Virus record (IMG/VR): IMGVR_UViG_3300029413_000164
Source: a virus
Strand: one strand, 5' to 3'
Length of the DNA: 64,000 nt
Shown here: piece by piece, positions 8,676 through 18,526 of the stretch
How positions within the stretch are numbered: position 1 is the stretch's first letter
Layout of the letters: each line of letters starts with the position of its first letter
Program-made: the position numbers and the translations under genes
Notes under the pieces: generated by a model
Told to the model about the DNA's origin: nothing
The model's input: only the letters and a program-made list of their open reading frames with translations
Databases searched by the model: none

Positions 8676-11141
8676 ATGAGTGAGAACTTTTCAGATGTGC
8701 TTGATCAGAAATACCGCCTTGACGAACTGTTTGCACTTCCGCAAAACAGGGATATTAAGGCTTTGTATAACTATCTTGACAACATCGCAAAAGAGGGTGG
8801 AGCGGCTATGCCTCCGATGGATTTCTGGATTTCAGAAATGGAAAAAGACCTTCCATTTAACGAGCCGGATGCAAATGTGCGCGACGTAAGAAAGGATGTT
8901 GAAGAATTCTACAAGGCAAATGGTGTAAAAGCTCCGCTTGGCAGAAAGACAATGGAAGCGTTGAACTTTGCAGGACGATATGAAAACCAGGATATTCCAC
9001 ATACAAAAGAGTTTGTGGAGAATTTTGAATCGCAGAAATTTGCTTCATCAACATCACACAGCATGACAAATGGTGCTTACATGGTAAGCGCAATAGCTGC
9101 AGTCTATAGAAGCGGTAATTCAGAGCTGGGAGACTGCCTTGTAAAAGCAGCAAATGCCCTTGCAGAACAGTCACAGCCGGGACACTTCCCTGTGCGTGAA
9201 TTTGGCCGATACAGTGAGCTTATCGTTTCTGATAATCTTAATATTGCCGATAAAGAAAAACTTGTAAATAGCATCAGTCAGCCGGAAGCAAGTGAAATTT
9301 ATACCAGCATGTTCAAACAGGAAAGACAGAATGGGCTTGATGCGCTTGAGAATTCAATGTCAGACATGATGGACAAGCTTGATGAAAAGAGAATTGAAGA
9401 GCAGAAGGCGGGATTTGCTTATTCTGAGGATTTCAGCTTCACAAAAGAAGATTACGAGAGACTTGCCGGAGAAGATATGGAAGCCTTTACGGAATATGTG
9501 AATAAAGTAAAGGAAACTCTGCCAAAAAGCATGCCGGAAGAAGAAAAGGAAACTGAAGCCTACAAGCTTATATCGGAAAGACAGGATGAACGTCTGTCTG
9601 CGGAGATAGAAGGCGTTGATAAGGACAACGAATTTCTTAAGAAGTTCGAAGCCTGCATAAAAGATATCCGCGAACTGCCAGCAGATCGTAAAGAATGTGA
9701 TTCTTTGATTAAATATGATAGTGATTTTATGCACCAGCTTAAAACATCAGAAAAACTTGGTCTTAAATTCAAGTGGATGGCAGGCAATGTAAAAGAAGAG
9801 GCTGTAAGAATGAAGGACGTCTCGCCTCTTATGAATAAAATCCAGAAAATCCACTGCGCATCGCTTACAGCAAAAATGGACGAGATAGTACAGACTATTG
9901 CAAGATGTAATGAAAAAATCACAGACCTGCAGCTTTCTGCAAAAGAAAGAGATCATCTTGGCACTTTTGCAATTGATATGAAAATAAAGGGACTTGAACT
10001 TATCCAGAAAGCATATGCCCGTAAATACAGCAATATGGTGGAAAAGAAGAATCTTTTAAGCCGAAAAATAGAAAAGAGTGACAGGGCTATAAATGACTAC
10101 CGTGCCCAGACAGAAGTTTCAGACCTGAAGTATCTCAGACAGCCAGAATTTAATAAATTCACAGAAAATGAGAAAAAGCTTTTGTATGACTTCTCAATGG
10201 CTGCGCATAAGAGTTTTACTGTTGAAGAGGCGAATATGATGCTTGGTGCGTATATAGCATCAGATGGAAGATTTAATCCGAACATGCTTGCAAAGTACGA
10301 AGGAAAAGATTTGTCAGAAGCAATTCTTTCTGCAAACAGGGTTGCGTTAGAAGACCAGACTGCTGTAACGCATGAGGAGCTTATGCAGACAAACAGGATG
10401 GATTTTACCCTTACAGATCATGCAGCTGAAATTCTTGGCAGCGAAAAGCTTGCAATGGGAATAACTGCTGCGCAGAAGCGTTTTATTATAGATGAGTACA
10501 ACACAGGAGCAAAGGTTGAAGACCTTCAGGCTATTGCTGGACAGTTCTATTCAAAGAGCGGATTTTCGGTTGAAGATGCAAGAATACATATGATAACATG
10601 CAGATTTGAGGATAAAAGTGCAGATGAGGCATATGAACAGGCCATGAATGGCACTTTAGGCGTTCCGGATAAGGATCCTCTGTCTCTTATGGCAAATGCA
10701 GCTAAAACAATGAATAAAACGCTTATGACAACATTTCAGGATTATGATACCAACACAATGTATCAGCTTAAGGCTGCAAAGAATGGCCGCCAGTTTACAC
10801 TTAAGAAGAGAAATCTTGAAACTGGGGAGACTGACCTTTTAAGGGGAACACAAACAATCAGGGATGAGCTTGCGCGCAATACAGACTATGGAATTGCAAT
10901 TACAAACAGCACAAGGGAATGTGTTGCAAATGCATTTTATGAGCAGCGTACCCAGCCGGTGGAAACTGTTGAGAAGGCAAAAGCGGCTTACAATAAAATT
11001 GCTGAAACTGCAAAAGAAGGATACAGCAGTACATATGACAAAGCTGCTGAAGTTGTTGGAAAGCCAAAACAGATTGTGGAAGATACTGTCAAGAGAGTAA
11101 AAAAGAAAATAAGAGACACAGCAGAATCCATCGAAATCTGA
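8676..11141 (+). CDS. Hypothetical acidic protein, 821 aa, coiled-coil rich
   Basis: Long ORF with an AGGAGG RBS. No motif I can assign. Confidence 0.6.
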   Translation: MSENFSDVLDQKYRLDELFALPQNRDIKALYNYLDNIAKEGGAAMPPMDFWISEMEKDLPFNEPDANVRDVRKDVEEFYKANGVKAPLGRKTMEALNFAGRYENQDIPHTKEFVENFESQKFASSTSHSMTNGAYMVSAIAAVYRSGNSELGDCLVKAANALAEQSQPGHFPVREFGRYSELIVSDNLNIADKEKLVNSISQPEASEIYTSMFKQERQNGLDALENSMSDMMDKLDEKRIEEQKAGFAYSEDFSFTKEDYERLAGEDMEAFTEYVNKVKETLPKSMPEEEKETEAYKLISERQDERLSAEIEGVDKDNEFLKKFEACIKDIRELPADRKECDSLIKYDSDFMHQLKTSEKLGLKFKWMAGNVKEEAVRMKDVSPLMNKIQKIHCASLTAKMDEIVQTIARCNEKITDLQLSAKERDHLGTFAIDMKIKGLELIQKAYARKYSNMVEKKNLLSRKIEKSDRAINDYRAQTEVSDLKYLRQPEFNKFTENEKKLLYDFSMAAHKSFTVEEANMMLGAYIASDGRFNPNMLAKYEGKDLSEAILSANRVALEDQTAVTHEELMQTNRMDFTLTDHAAEILGSEKLAMGITAAQKRFIIDEYNTGAKVEDLQAIAGQFYSKSGFSVEDARIHMITCRFEDKSADEAYEQAMNGTLGVPDKDPLSLMANAAKTMNKTLMTTFQDYDTNTMYQLKAAKNGRQFTLKKRNLETGETDLLRGTQTIRDELARNTDYGIAITNSTRECVANAFYEQRTQPVETVEKAKAAYNKIAETAKEGYSSTYDKAAEVVGKPKQIVEDTVKRVKKKIRDTAESIEI

Positions 11142-11202
11142 TGCAGACTCATCGAAAGACCAGAATTTATTTCTGGTCTTTTTTAATGCTTGATGCCAAA
11201 AA

Positions 11203-11235
11203 CAAAAAAACAAACATACTCTTTGTATAAAAAAG
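11203..11235 (+). promoter_or_regulatory. Element-type promoter
   Basis: AAACAAACATACTCTTTGTATAAAA upstream of the 11254 start. Confidence 0.45.
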
Positions 11236-11253
11236 AAGAATGGAGGAAACAAA

Positions 11254-12915
11254 ATGGCAAAGGAAATTTTAAAAGCAACTGACCTTTTTAAAATAAAAGG
11301 CAGTTATATCATAGGCGGAACAAGGGTTGAGACTGGAGTAAATGAGTACTCCAATAACCCGCAGTGCTTCGCAATGGAGCGTCCCGCGCAGTCTGCAACG
11401 GCTGCAGCAAAAATAACAGCTGTAATAAGACTGTTTGGAAGAATGAATGAAATCTCATTTTATGAGGCTGAAAACTCGCCTCTAGTGATGATTGAAAGTC
11501 ACGGAAATTTTATACAGGCTTGTCTCAAGTCTGACAGAACGATTGGCATACGCAGCACTTTTGACTGTGTGAAAAAAGATTTGTGGGTGGCAGTTGCTGC
11601 GCTCGCAATGGCAAAAAGTGTGAGAAATCTTGTCTCACCTAGCGAGCTTGGGGGCACTTTTGCTAACCTTGTTAGAACAATGACTGGAGGTGCCACATCT
11701 TCTCCGGAAAACACAAAACTACTTTCAAATCTTTTCTGTGACATTATTTATTATTACATGATAAAGGATTCACAGATTGAGCTGGAAAGCGGAAGCCTTA
11801 CCATAGAAGAGGTAAAGACAGCATACAATACTGGGTTGTTAACAACCCACAGCATGTTTGATCTAGTGCCTGATTCAGTAAAGCTTCAGGCAGAGCCTTC
11901 TCTTCAGAAGGAAAAAACAAAGACTAAGAAGAGCAGCAATGGCAAGGAATTTTTAAAGAATGCAAAAGCTGGAAAATTTCAGATTAGTTATGACTGGTCA
12001 GATGAGCAGAAAATGCATATCCAGCCTGCGTCATTTCTTGATACTTTTGTCAGCAGCCAGCAATTTGAAAGTCTGACAAAGAAAATCAAGCACAGACTTG
12101 ATAAAGTGCTTGAAAGACAGGCAGAGGGCGTGCAGTACATGGATGTAATTGGAAACGACTACATAAATGCACTTATGGTTGGAAAACCTGGTACCGGAAA
12201 AACAACACTAGCTTACGCACTCTCAGCTGCAACAGGGCTTCCGGTTTATACAACTGCAATAAGCCACAATACAGATGAGACAGAGTTCTCTGGTATTACG
12301 ACAATTGTAGATGGCAAGCCGCAGTTCTGCAGTACAAACTTCCTTGATGCATACAAGAATGGCGGAATCATCGTTCTTGAGGAGGTAAATCTTGCAAATC
12401 CTTCTGTCCTTATGGGCGGACTCGGACAAGCAATTGAATATCCTTTCATCATTAAGGAGAACGGTTACAAGGATGTAAGAAGACATCCTCTGTGTGTCGT
12501 AATAGGCACAATGAATGTCGGAACAGCGGGCTCAAAGCCGCTTAATGCAGCTTTTGCAAATCGTTTCAGACAGACATACACCTTAAATGACCCGACAAGG
12601 GATTCTCTTATCGAAGTCCTTGAAGCGGGTACGTCACTCAGCAAGAAGGCCTGCACATGGGTTTACGATGTTTACACAAACATTATTGCCCTGTTGTCAG
12701 ACCCGGATACTGACTGCGAGTGCGACAGAAATGATGTCATCGCAGGTCTGTCACTGCGTACCTGCATGGGTACGCTTGAAAACATGGAAGAGGGTGACGA
12801 CTGTTTCGATGCTGTTGACGATACAATGATTGGCTCTATAGCCAGACAGGACCTTGCACTTGCAAGGGAAATCTCAACAACAATAAGAAACAGTGTAAGG
12901 CCTCTTAAGATTTAG
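11254..12915 (+). CDS. MoxR/CbbQ/CobS-like AAA+ ATPase with a ~320-aa N-terminal extension
   Basis: Walker A GKPGTGKTT, Walker B IIVLEE, and a C-terminal region typical of the AAA_5/MoxR class. Confidence 0.7.
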   Translation: MAKEILKATDLFKIKGSYIIGGTRVETGVNEYSNNPQCFAMERPAQSATAAAKITAVIRLFGRMNEISFYEAENSPLVMIESHGNFIQACLKSDRTIGIRSTFDCVKKDLWVAVAALAMAKSVRNLVSPSELGGTFANLVRTMTGGATSSPENTKLLSNLFCDIIYYYMIKDSQIELESGSLTIEEVKTAYNTGLLTTHSMFDLVPDSVKLQAEPSLQKEKTKTKKSSNGKEFLKNAKAGKFQISYDWSDEQKMHIQPASFLDTFVSSQQFESLTKKIKHRLDKVLERQAEGVQYMDVIGNDYINALMVGKPGTGKTTLAYALSAATGLPVYTTAISHNTDETEFSGITTIVDGKPQFCSTNFLDAYKNGGIIVLEEVNLANPSVLMGGLGQAIEYPFIIKENGYKDVRRHPLCVVIGTMNVGTAGSKPLNAAFANRFRQTYTLNDPTRDSLIEVLEAGTSLSKKACTWVYDVYTNIIALLSDPDTDCECDRNDVIAGLSLRTCMGTLENMEEGDDCFDAVDDTMIGSIARQDLALAREISTTIRNSVRPLKI

Positions 12916-12956
12916 AAAGAAAAAGCCCCGCCATAAGACGGGGCGAAGGAGGAACA

Positions 12957-14789
12957 ATGAGTGAAGAAAAAGAGAAAAAGATGCTTGAACGGGATGCTTT
13001 CATGGTCCTGCAAAAGCCTCTTAAGGTAAGCTTTCTCCATAGCGGAGACAAGCTCGGATATACAGATGGTATGAGTAAAACTGTATTTATCGCGTGGGAA
13101 CACGAATACTATAAAGGTTTTACCCATGCAGAAACGGCATACTTCCGCAAGGGAGTGTTTGCACATGAGCTGCTGCATCAGTGTTTTACTAATTTCAAGT
13201 ATGACATTAAACTGATGTACAGTCTTAAAAGCGGGGTCGAGCGCCATGTTTACAGACTCTTTTCAAATACCCTTGAAGATCCGGCAATTGAGTATTTTGC
13301 TGATTCAAGGCTTGGGGAAGGGCTTGTGGATGCCCTCAGATTTACAATCAGGGAGATTTATAAGAAAAGTCCGTCAATAGACGAGGGTGAAACAACACCA
13401 TTTACTCAGCTTATGAATGCGTTGATACAGTTTGGTGATATGGGCCTTGTAAAGGGCAGTTTTACCTATAACGAGGCAAAAGAGTATTTTAAAAAAATCG
13501 CTCCGCTGTATTACAAGGGTATCAGGACATTTAACAATAAGGAGCGTCTTGACATTGCAGTAGAGTGCATGGAAGCATCACGTCCTCTGTGGGAAAAAGA
13601 GTTCAAGAGTGTAAAAGAATTTGAGCAGAAGCTAAAAGAGCTGCTTAAAAGACTTTCAAAAGAGAATGCAACGGGAAACAGCTTAGCCAATGCTGACTGT
13701 GGACTTAATCCCGATGAGGATGACAACGAAGATGGACAGAACGATATAGATGGTTCCGGTAAAAAACGGTCAGGGCAGGATTCGAATGGCAGTGAAGCAG
13801 AAGGCAGGCGGAAAGCCGCAGCAAAAGAACTTGCAGAAGTTCTTGAAAATGATGATGAAAAGGCGGCTGATGACATTTTGAAACGTATTGAAGCTTCAAA
13901 AAAAGAGGCTGACAAAAAGGCTGATGAGGAAATTAGGCCTGACATGAAAAAAATGTCGGAGAATGCGAAGAAAGCTGACTCTGAATCAGGAAAATTGCAG
14001 GATGACTTTTCAGATTCTGAAAAAGTCTGCAAAAAAATGCAGATAAAAAATCATACTGTAAGTGCAGATCCAATGTCTGTTACTCAGTACGCGAAAGTAA
14101 AAAATGCATTGAGTTCAGATATTAATTATCTGGCCAATTCTTTAAAACGCCTTTTTGAGGAGGACACGGACGAATATGTGCCTTTCACATCAGGAAGATA
14201 CGACGTGATGAGAGGCAGTATTGGAAAAACGGCAAAGGTGTTCAACAAGAAACGCGTACCCGCAGACAGGGCTGACATGGCGGTTCTGCTTGCCGTTGAT
14301 AATTCTGGCAGCATGAACGACTTTAACAACATACAAAACGCTGTATGTGCAGCTGTTGTTATTGCAGAAGCGTGTGAAAAGATGAAAATCCCTGTTTACA
14401 TTATGGGATTTACGAGAGAGCCAAGACAGTTTGTGCCTTGGAAGCACTCAAAAGAACAGCTTTCAAGCCTCATAAAAATGCGGGCAACGGGCGGCACAGA
14501 TGATGCCCTTGCAATTAAATTTGCAAGAGAAATTATAAACCGCGTAAACAGCGAACATAAATTTGTGTTCGTATTGTCAGATGGCTATGGAAGTCCACAG
14601 GAAATGAAAGAAGAGGTAAAAAAGACCAGAAAGACAGCGGACGTATTTGCGGTCGGACTGGGAAATATAGGCACTGAATATTTTAAAAATGTCTATGGGC
14701 AGGATTTTCTTCATATGAAAGATACAAATGGGCTTGCCAAGGAACTGAGCAAAAAACTTATAAAGCTCGTGAAAAGAACGGGCAGATAG
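12957..14789 (+). CDS. Metallopeptidase-like (HExxH) plus VWA protein, CobT/DUF2201-like
   Basis: N-terminal HELLH motif, a central acidic and Lys-rich region, and a C-terminal VWA domain with a MIDAS motif (DNSGSM ... TGGTDD ... LSDG). Confidence 0.65.
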   Translation: MSEEKEKKMLERDAFMVLQKPLKVSFLHSGDKLGYTDGMSKTVFIAWEHEYYKGFTHAETAYFRKGVFAHELLHQCFTNFKYDIKLMYSLKSGVERHVYRLFSNTLEDPAIEYFADSRLGEGLVDALRFTIREIYKKSPSIDEGETTPFTQLMNALIQFGDMGLVKGSFTYNEAKEYFKKIAPLYYKGIRTFNNKERLDIAVECMEASRPLWEKEFKSVKEFEQKLKELLKRLSKENATGNSLANADCGLNPDEDDNEDGQNDIDGSGKKRSGQDSNGSEAEGRRKAAAKELAEVLENDDEKAADDILKRIEASKKEADKKADEEIRPDMKKMSENAKKADSESGKLQDDFSDSEKVCKKMQIKNHTVSADPMSVTQYAKVKNALSSDINYLANSLKRLFEEDTDEYVPFTSGRYDVMRGSIGKTAKVFNKKRVPADRADMAVLLAVDNSGSMNDFNNIQNAVCAAVVIAEACEKMKIPVYIMGFTREPRQFVPWKHSKEQLSSLIKMRATGGTDDALAIKFAREIINRVNSEHKFVFVLSDGYGSPQEMKEEVKKTRKTADVFAVGLGNIGTEYFKNVYGQDFLHMKDTNGLAKELSKKLIKLVKRTGR

Positions 14790-14797
14790 GAGAAACA

Positions 14798-15226
14798 ATG
14801 TTAGAAACAGCTAAATACATAGATGGCGATAATTTTGTCGTCATCTACAAGAACTTTACAAAAATGACAACAGAGGAAAGGATTCATCTCATGGAAGCCA
14901 TAAACGGCGCCGAGATGTTTCCGGCTGCAGGTGTTGAGCCTGACACAGGAAAAGTTGAAATAAAGTCGCTTGACGACTTCACAACCCAGATGGCACTGCC
15001 TCCGGAGAAAAGAGATATGGCGGCTATCAGGGCGTACCTGCATGACTCAGTGCAGGCAATGGATCCTGATGAGATAAAAAACTGGTCAAAAGGCCAGGTA
15101 ACAAGCTTTGTTAAAATATATCAGCCATTTATAGCCAAACATGTGTGGACTCTTATAAGAAGAGCTAACAATGACGGCTACGAGATGGCAAAAGATTTAT
15201 TAATTTGCCTGAAAGAGACTGTATAA
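14798..15226 (+). CDS. Hypothetical protein, 142 aa
   Basis: ORF immediately after the VWA gene with a GGAGAAACAATG RBS. Last gene of the apparent operon. Confidence 0.5.
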   Translation: MLETAKYIDGDNFVVIYKNFTKMTTEERIHLMEAINGAEMFPAAGVEPDTGKVEIKSLDDFTTQMALPPEKRDMAAIRAYLHDSVQAMDPDEIKNWSKGQVTSFVKIYQPFIAKHVWTLIRRANNDGYEMAKDLLICLKETV

Positions 15227-15242
15227 TAGTCTTATGATAAAA

Positions 15243-15275
15243 AATCCCGCCGGCTTATTCCGGTGGGGTTTCTTT
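15243..15275. terminator. Bidirectional terminator
   Basis: Hairpin CCCGCCGG...CCGGTGGG with an A-run before and a T-run after. Overlaps the 3' end of the minus-strand XRE gene. Confidence 0.5.
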
Positions 15276-15602
15276 TGTCTTGTGGCTGTCTAATGCATCA
15301 ATCATCTGAAGTATGATGCGCTGCGTTTCTATGTCGAGAGTTGACAGGCGCATGCGAAGCTCTGGGAGAATGCCGTCATCGCGTGGCAGACCTGCTATAT
15401 CATCAAGGGATATGTGGCATCCTTTAGCATATGTAATCAGTATATTTGCACTTGGAATATTAACACCACGTTCGACGGCACTTAAATAGTTTTTGGATAT
15501 ACCGGTTTTGGCCGAAACATCTGTCTGCGACATTCCAGATAATTCTCTGAAATATTTCATACGCTGTCCTAAATCAGTAATATCTGCAATTGGTTTGTCC
15601 AT
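15255..15602 (-). CDS. XRE-family HTH transcriptional regulator (repressor-like)
   Basis: HTH_3 pattern MSQTDVSAKTGISKNYLSAVERG. No element-type promoter upstream. Confidence 0.7.
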   Translation of the reverse strand: MDKPIADITDLGQRMKYFRELSGMSQTDVSAKTGISKNYLSAVERGVNIPSANILITYAKGCHISLDDIAGLPRDDGILPELRMRLSTLDIETQRIILQMIDALDSHKTKETPPE

Positions 15603-15824
15603 AAAATTACCTCTTTATTAATCCTAATCTGTGTTTTGTGGGGATTTTGATGTGGGGGAGTAATATTGCCAATTTTTTCCATTTACATAAATATATTAAC
15701 ATATTTTTTGGATAAAATACATAAAAAGTAAAATTTATATAAAATAAATCTTGAATATAACTGAATACAGGTATAAAATGATAAATAGTAACTGAATATT
15801 GTTACAACTAAGATGGTGATTAAT

Positions 15825-15855
15825 AATAAAAAAATCATACTTGTTTTGTAACAGA
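15825..15855 (+). promoter_or_regulatory. Element-type promoter
   Basis: AAAAAAATCATACTTGTTTTGTAAC, upstream of a 42-aa ORF (15879-16004) and the sigma-like gene. Confidence 0.5.
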
Positions 15856-15960
15856 AACAAAGGAGAATGGAGGAGAACATGACATTTAGTGAAGCTATTG
15901 CCTTTCAGAAGGCAGAGGAGAAAGTCAATTCAAATCCGCTTTTGAAGGAGGCTAAGAAAA

Positions 15961-16896
15961 ATGATCAGAACAACAGGAAAGGTGATCAAAGCAAAAGAAA
16001 ATGAGAAGTATGAATACGATCCTCAAAGAATGAAAGAGATGATCGACTTCTACAACGACGGGGCTGACGAGGAAGAAAAGAAAGAGATTATGCTTTTCTT
16101 CGTTAACTCACTCTATGGTCTTATGGTCGAGGAGTGCAATAAATTTAAAAATTCCCGTTATTCGTTTGAGGAGCTGATGTCTGAGTGTCAGACAGAAGTA
16201 ATCGCAAACATCGGAGGATATGAGCCAATCGGACCAAATGGTGGGTTTAGAAAGCCAAGTACATACTTTGGCTACATAATTAGGCATGCGGTGCAGAGCC
16301 TTTTTAACCCAGAGTCGTTAACGGGGCATTTTGCACACATCGAGAGACAGCTTAAAAAGGCGGCTGCTGAGTATGGTATTCCTTACGAAAAGGAATATAT
16401 CAGACGACTCGCAAAGATAGCCGATGTGTCGTACCAGTCGGCACTGTCTGCTTTTGTACGTTCAAACACGACACATGAGGAGTATAATGGAGAGACAGCA
16501 GAGCAGTCTGAAGATTACGGACAGCCAGAGGTGGTCGCAGCTGAAAAAGCTAAGAGAGAAGCCATAAGGGAGCTTATTGACAGGCTTCCGGTAAGAGAGA
16601 GATATGTCGTAATGCAGGTATACTTCAATGACATCTCGATTGATGAGCTCGTAATTGAAATGTCCAAAGTTACAGGAGAATCTCTGAGCAAAAAGGATGT
16701 TATAAAAATCCAGCGCTCAGCCTTTAACAAGCTCGAACCAATGCTCAGAAAACAGGGTTACGGCGGAAGATGTGGATACTTCCATCCGGTATTTGTCAGA
16801 TCAGATGAGGAGCTCGATGAGGAGATGATGGACATCGCAAACGCATTTGATGACGATGCAGGTTCTACAATCCTTATTAAGTTAAACCTCAAATAA
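15961..16896 (+). CDS. Sigma-70-family-like transcription factor
   Basis: C-terminal segment RERYVVMQVYFNDISIDELVIEMSKVTGESLSKKDVIKIQRSAFNKL resembles the sigma region-4 HTH. The N-terminal half is region-2-like (FFVNSLYGLMVEE). Strong GAAGGAGG RBS. Confidence 0.5.
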   Translation: MIRTTGKVIKAKENEKYEYDPQRMKEMIDFYNDGADEEEKKEIMLFFVNSLYGLMVEECNKFKNSRYSFEELMSECQTEVIANIGGYEPIGPNGGFRKPSTYFGYIIRHAVQSLFNPESLTGHFAHIERQLKKAAAEYGIPYEKEYIRRLAKIADVSYQSALSAFVRSNTTHEEYNGETAEQSEDYGQPEVVAAEKAKREAIRELIDRLPVRERYVVMQVYFNDISIDELVIEMSKVTGESLSKKDVIKIQRSAFNKLEPMLRKQGYGGRCGYFHPVFVRSDEELDEEMMDIANAFDDDAGSTILIKLNLK

Positions 16897-17041
16897 GAGA
16901 AAAATGTCACAAAAGAAACCGAGGCTTTACAGCCCCGGTTTTTCTTTATCTTTCTTTTTCTCTTCCTCAAACATATGCAGCATTCCAGCGTAACACATCT
17001 TCCTATCTTCGCATTCCAGGCATTCCGTGTACAAAACGATA

Positions 17042-17749
17042 CTATTTGTCAGTGGACAGTTCCGACTCACGTTTCACCATATGATAAAGAAATTCATCCC
17101 TTGCCGAATAGTCAAGAGATTTATGAAACAATTCAAGAGGGGTTTCGCAAATACTCTTACGGAATGCGTCAAGAAGATTGTGGTCTTTAATAAATTTTAA
17201 GGCATCAGGACTGGCAAAGAACTTGTAGAGTTCATACTGACTTTTGTAACTTAAGAAATTCTGAATACAGTAACCGAGGCAGAGAGCTGTATTCTCCGGC
17301 TTGTTCCAGAAGCCTTTTGAATACGAATAATCGTTTGGGTCGTTAACATATTTTCCAAGATGGTTGACACGTTCATGCTCATCAATTGCACGTTTTGCGG
17401 CAGAATATTTAGCCTCTTTTGGATAAACAAGAGCAACTGCAAAATCGTAATTCATATTTTTAGATACATGAGGACGTTTATCTGGCGGAATATGCTGGAA
17501 TGATGGTTCCAGACGCATCTGCTTTACAAATTCTGAGTCAACAAATGCTACAGCCTGATCATAATCCCAGTGACATATGTCTTTTATAGCGTATGACCAC
17601 CACAAGGCAGCCACATCATCTATTTTATCCTTTTTATCCTCTGTTTTTGGAACTGAAAACTTTTTCTTGTTTCCCAGTAATACTTTTTCATATTCGCTAA
17701 GAACACAATATACGTGGTCATCCACATAACGATCCTTTAAACTGGCCAT
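17042..17749 (-). CDS. Hypothetical protein, 235 aa
   Basis: Minus-strand ORF with its own minus-strand promoter motif at 17805-17858. Confidence 0.55.
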   Translation of the reverse strand: MASLKDRYVDDHVYCVLSEYEKVLLGNKKKFSVPKTEDKKDKIDDVAALWWSYAIKDICHWDYDQAVAFVDSEFVKQMRLEPSFQHIPPDKRPHVSKNMNYDFAVALVYPKEAKYSAAKRAIDEHERVNHLGKYVNDPNDYSYSKGFWNKPENTALCLGYCIQNFLSYKSQYELYKFFASPDALKFIKDHNLLDAFRKSICETPLELFHKSLDYSARDEFLYHMVKRESELSTDK

Positions 17750-17804
17750 TTTTAGATAATTCCTCCTTTAAATTGCGCTTATACAAGATAACATGATTAT
17801 TTTA

Positions 17805-17858
17805 CTACAAATAGTATGTTTTTTTTATTTTGCAATTATAGCCTTCTATATAAGTTTT
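17805..17858 (-). promoter_or_regulatory. Element-type promoter (minus strand)
   Basis: On the minus strand CTTATATAGAAGGCTAT is followed about 19 nt later by AAAACATACTATTTGTAG. Confidence 0.55.
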
Positions 17859-17915
17859 GATTACATTTTACATAAATTATAAAAGAAAAACCACTGTATA
17901 ATGCGAAAACCGAAA

Positions 17916-17972
17916 ATCTTATATAGAAAGCAAAAGCGCAGACAAGAAAAAATCATACTTAAAGCAGAAAAA
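17916..17972 (+). promoter_or_regulatory. Element-type bipartite promoter
   Basis: TTATATAGAAAGC, then 18 nt, then AAAATCATACTTAAAG. Confidence 0.55.
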
Positions 17973-17991
17973 AGAAAAGGTGGGAAGATAT

Positions 17992-18474
17992 GTGAAAAAG
18001 AAAATTTTATGTATCCTGCTAATGCTGTGTTTTACATTTACAGGATGCGGCGCAGAGAGAGAAGAAAGCACAGAGAATACGGATGACAATTACTGCGGAA
18101 TTGTAGTCGAGGAGTCCAGATTGTACAACATATCAGTTGATACAAATTATGGAATTTATTCAAGCGATAAAGTTTTTGATTTTCTGCATGATTTTGTTCC
18201 GGCATACTCAATATCTCAGACAGGAACGATAATTAACATCAAGTTTACAAAAGATGAAGTTGCCAAGTGGAACGAAACTGTAAGCAGTCAGCTGTTTGAC
18301 GGAATAAGAACCGACGGAATGAACATTTACGTGTCCACTGGATTTGATACACAGTTTACAGAAAAGATAGCGGATACAATTACGGTACTTAAAATAAACC
18401 AGCAGTTAAACGGTGGCGATGACGTCGTACATATATATCTGGAGGGCAAGGACCAGGCGGTAATGTCGTTTTAA
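17992..18474 (+). CDS. Lipoprotein, 160 aa
   Basis: GTG start. Signal peptide with lipobox LCFTFTGC. RBS AAGGTGG. Confidence 0.55.
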   Translation: MKKKILCILLMLCFTFTGCGAEREESTENTDDNYCGIVVEESRLYNISVDTNYGIYSSDKVFDFLHDFVPAYSISQTGTIINIKFTKDEVAKWNETVSSQLFDGIRTDGMNIYVSTGFDTQFTEKIADTITVLKINQQLNGGDDVVHIYLEGKDQAVMSF

Positions 18475-18475
18475 A

Positions 18476-18502
18476 AGTTTAAAACATACTTAATATGTAG
18501 CA
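18476..18502 (+). promoter_or_regulatory. Element-type promoter
   Basis: AAAACATACTTAATATGTAGC upstream of the 18527 start. Confidence 0.5.
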
Positions 18503-18526
18503 AAACAAGATAGAAGGAGGAACAAT

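Noticed and set aside
12918-12950. GCCCCGCCATAAGACGGGGC hairpin between the AAA+ and VWA genes as a terminator
   Set aside because: There is no downstream T-run and an RBS follows immediately. It is more likely an intercistronic RNA structure, or has no function.
13511-14032. Long antisense ORFs inside large plus-strand genes
   Set aside because: These include 13511-14032, 23663-24370, 36539-37405 and 43487-44203 on the minus strand. They have Ser/Leu/Phe-rich low-complexity translations, no RBS and no promoter motif. They are typical shadow ORFs of AT- and purine-skewed coding strands.
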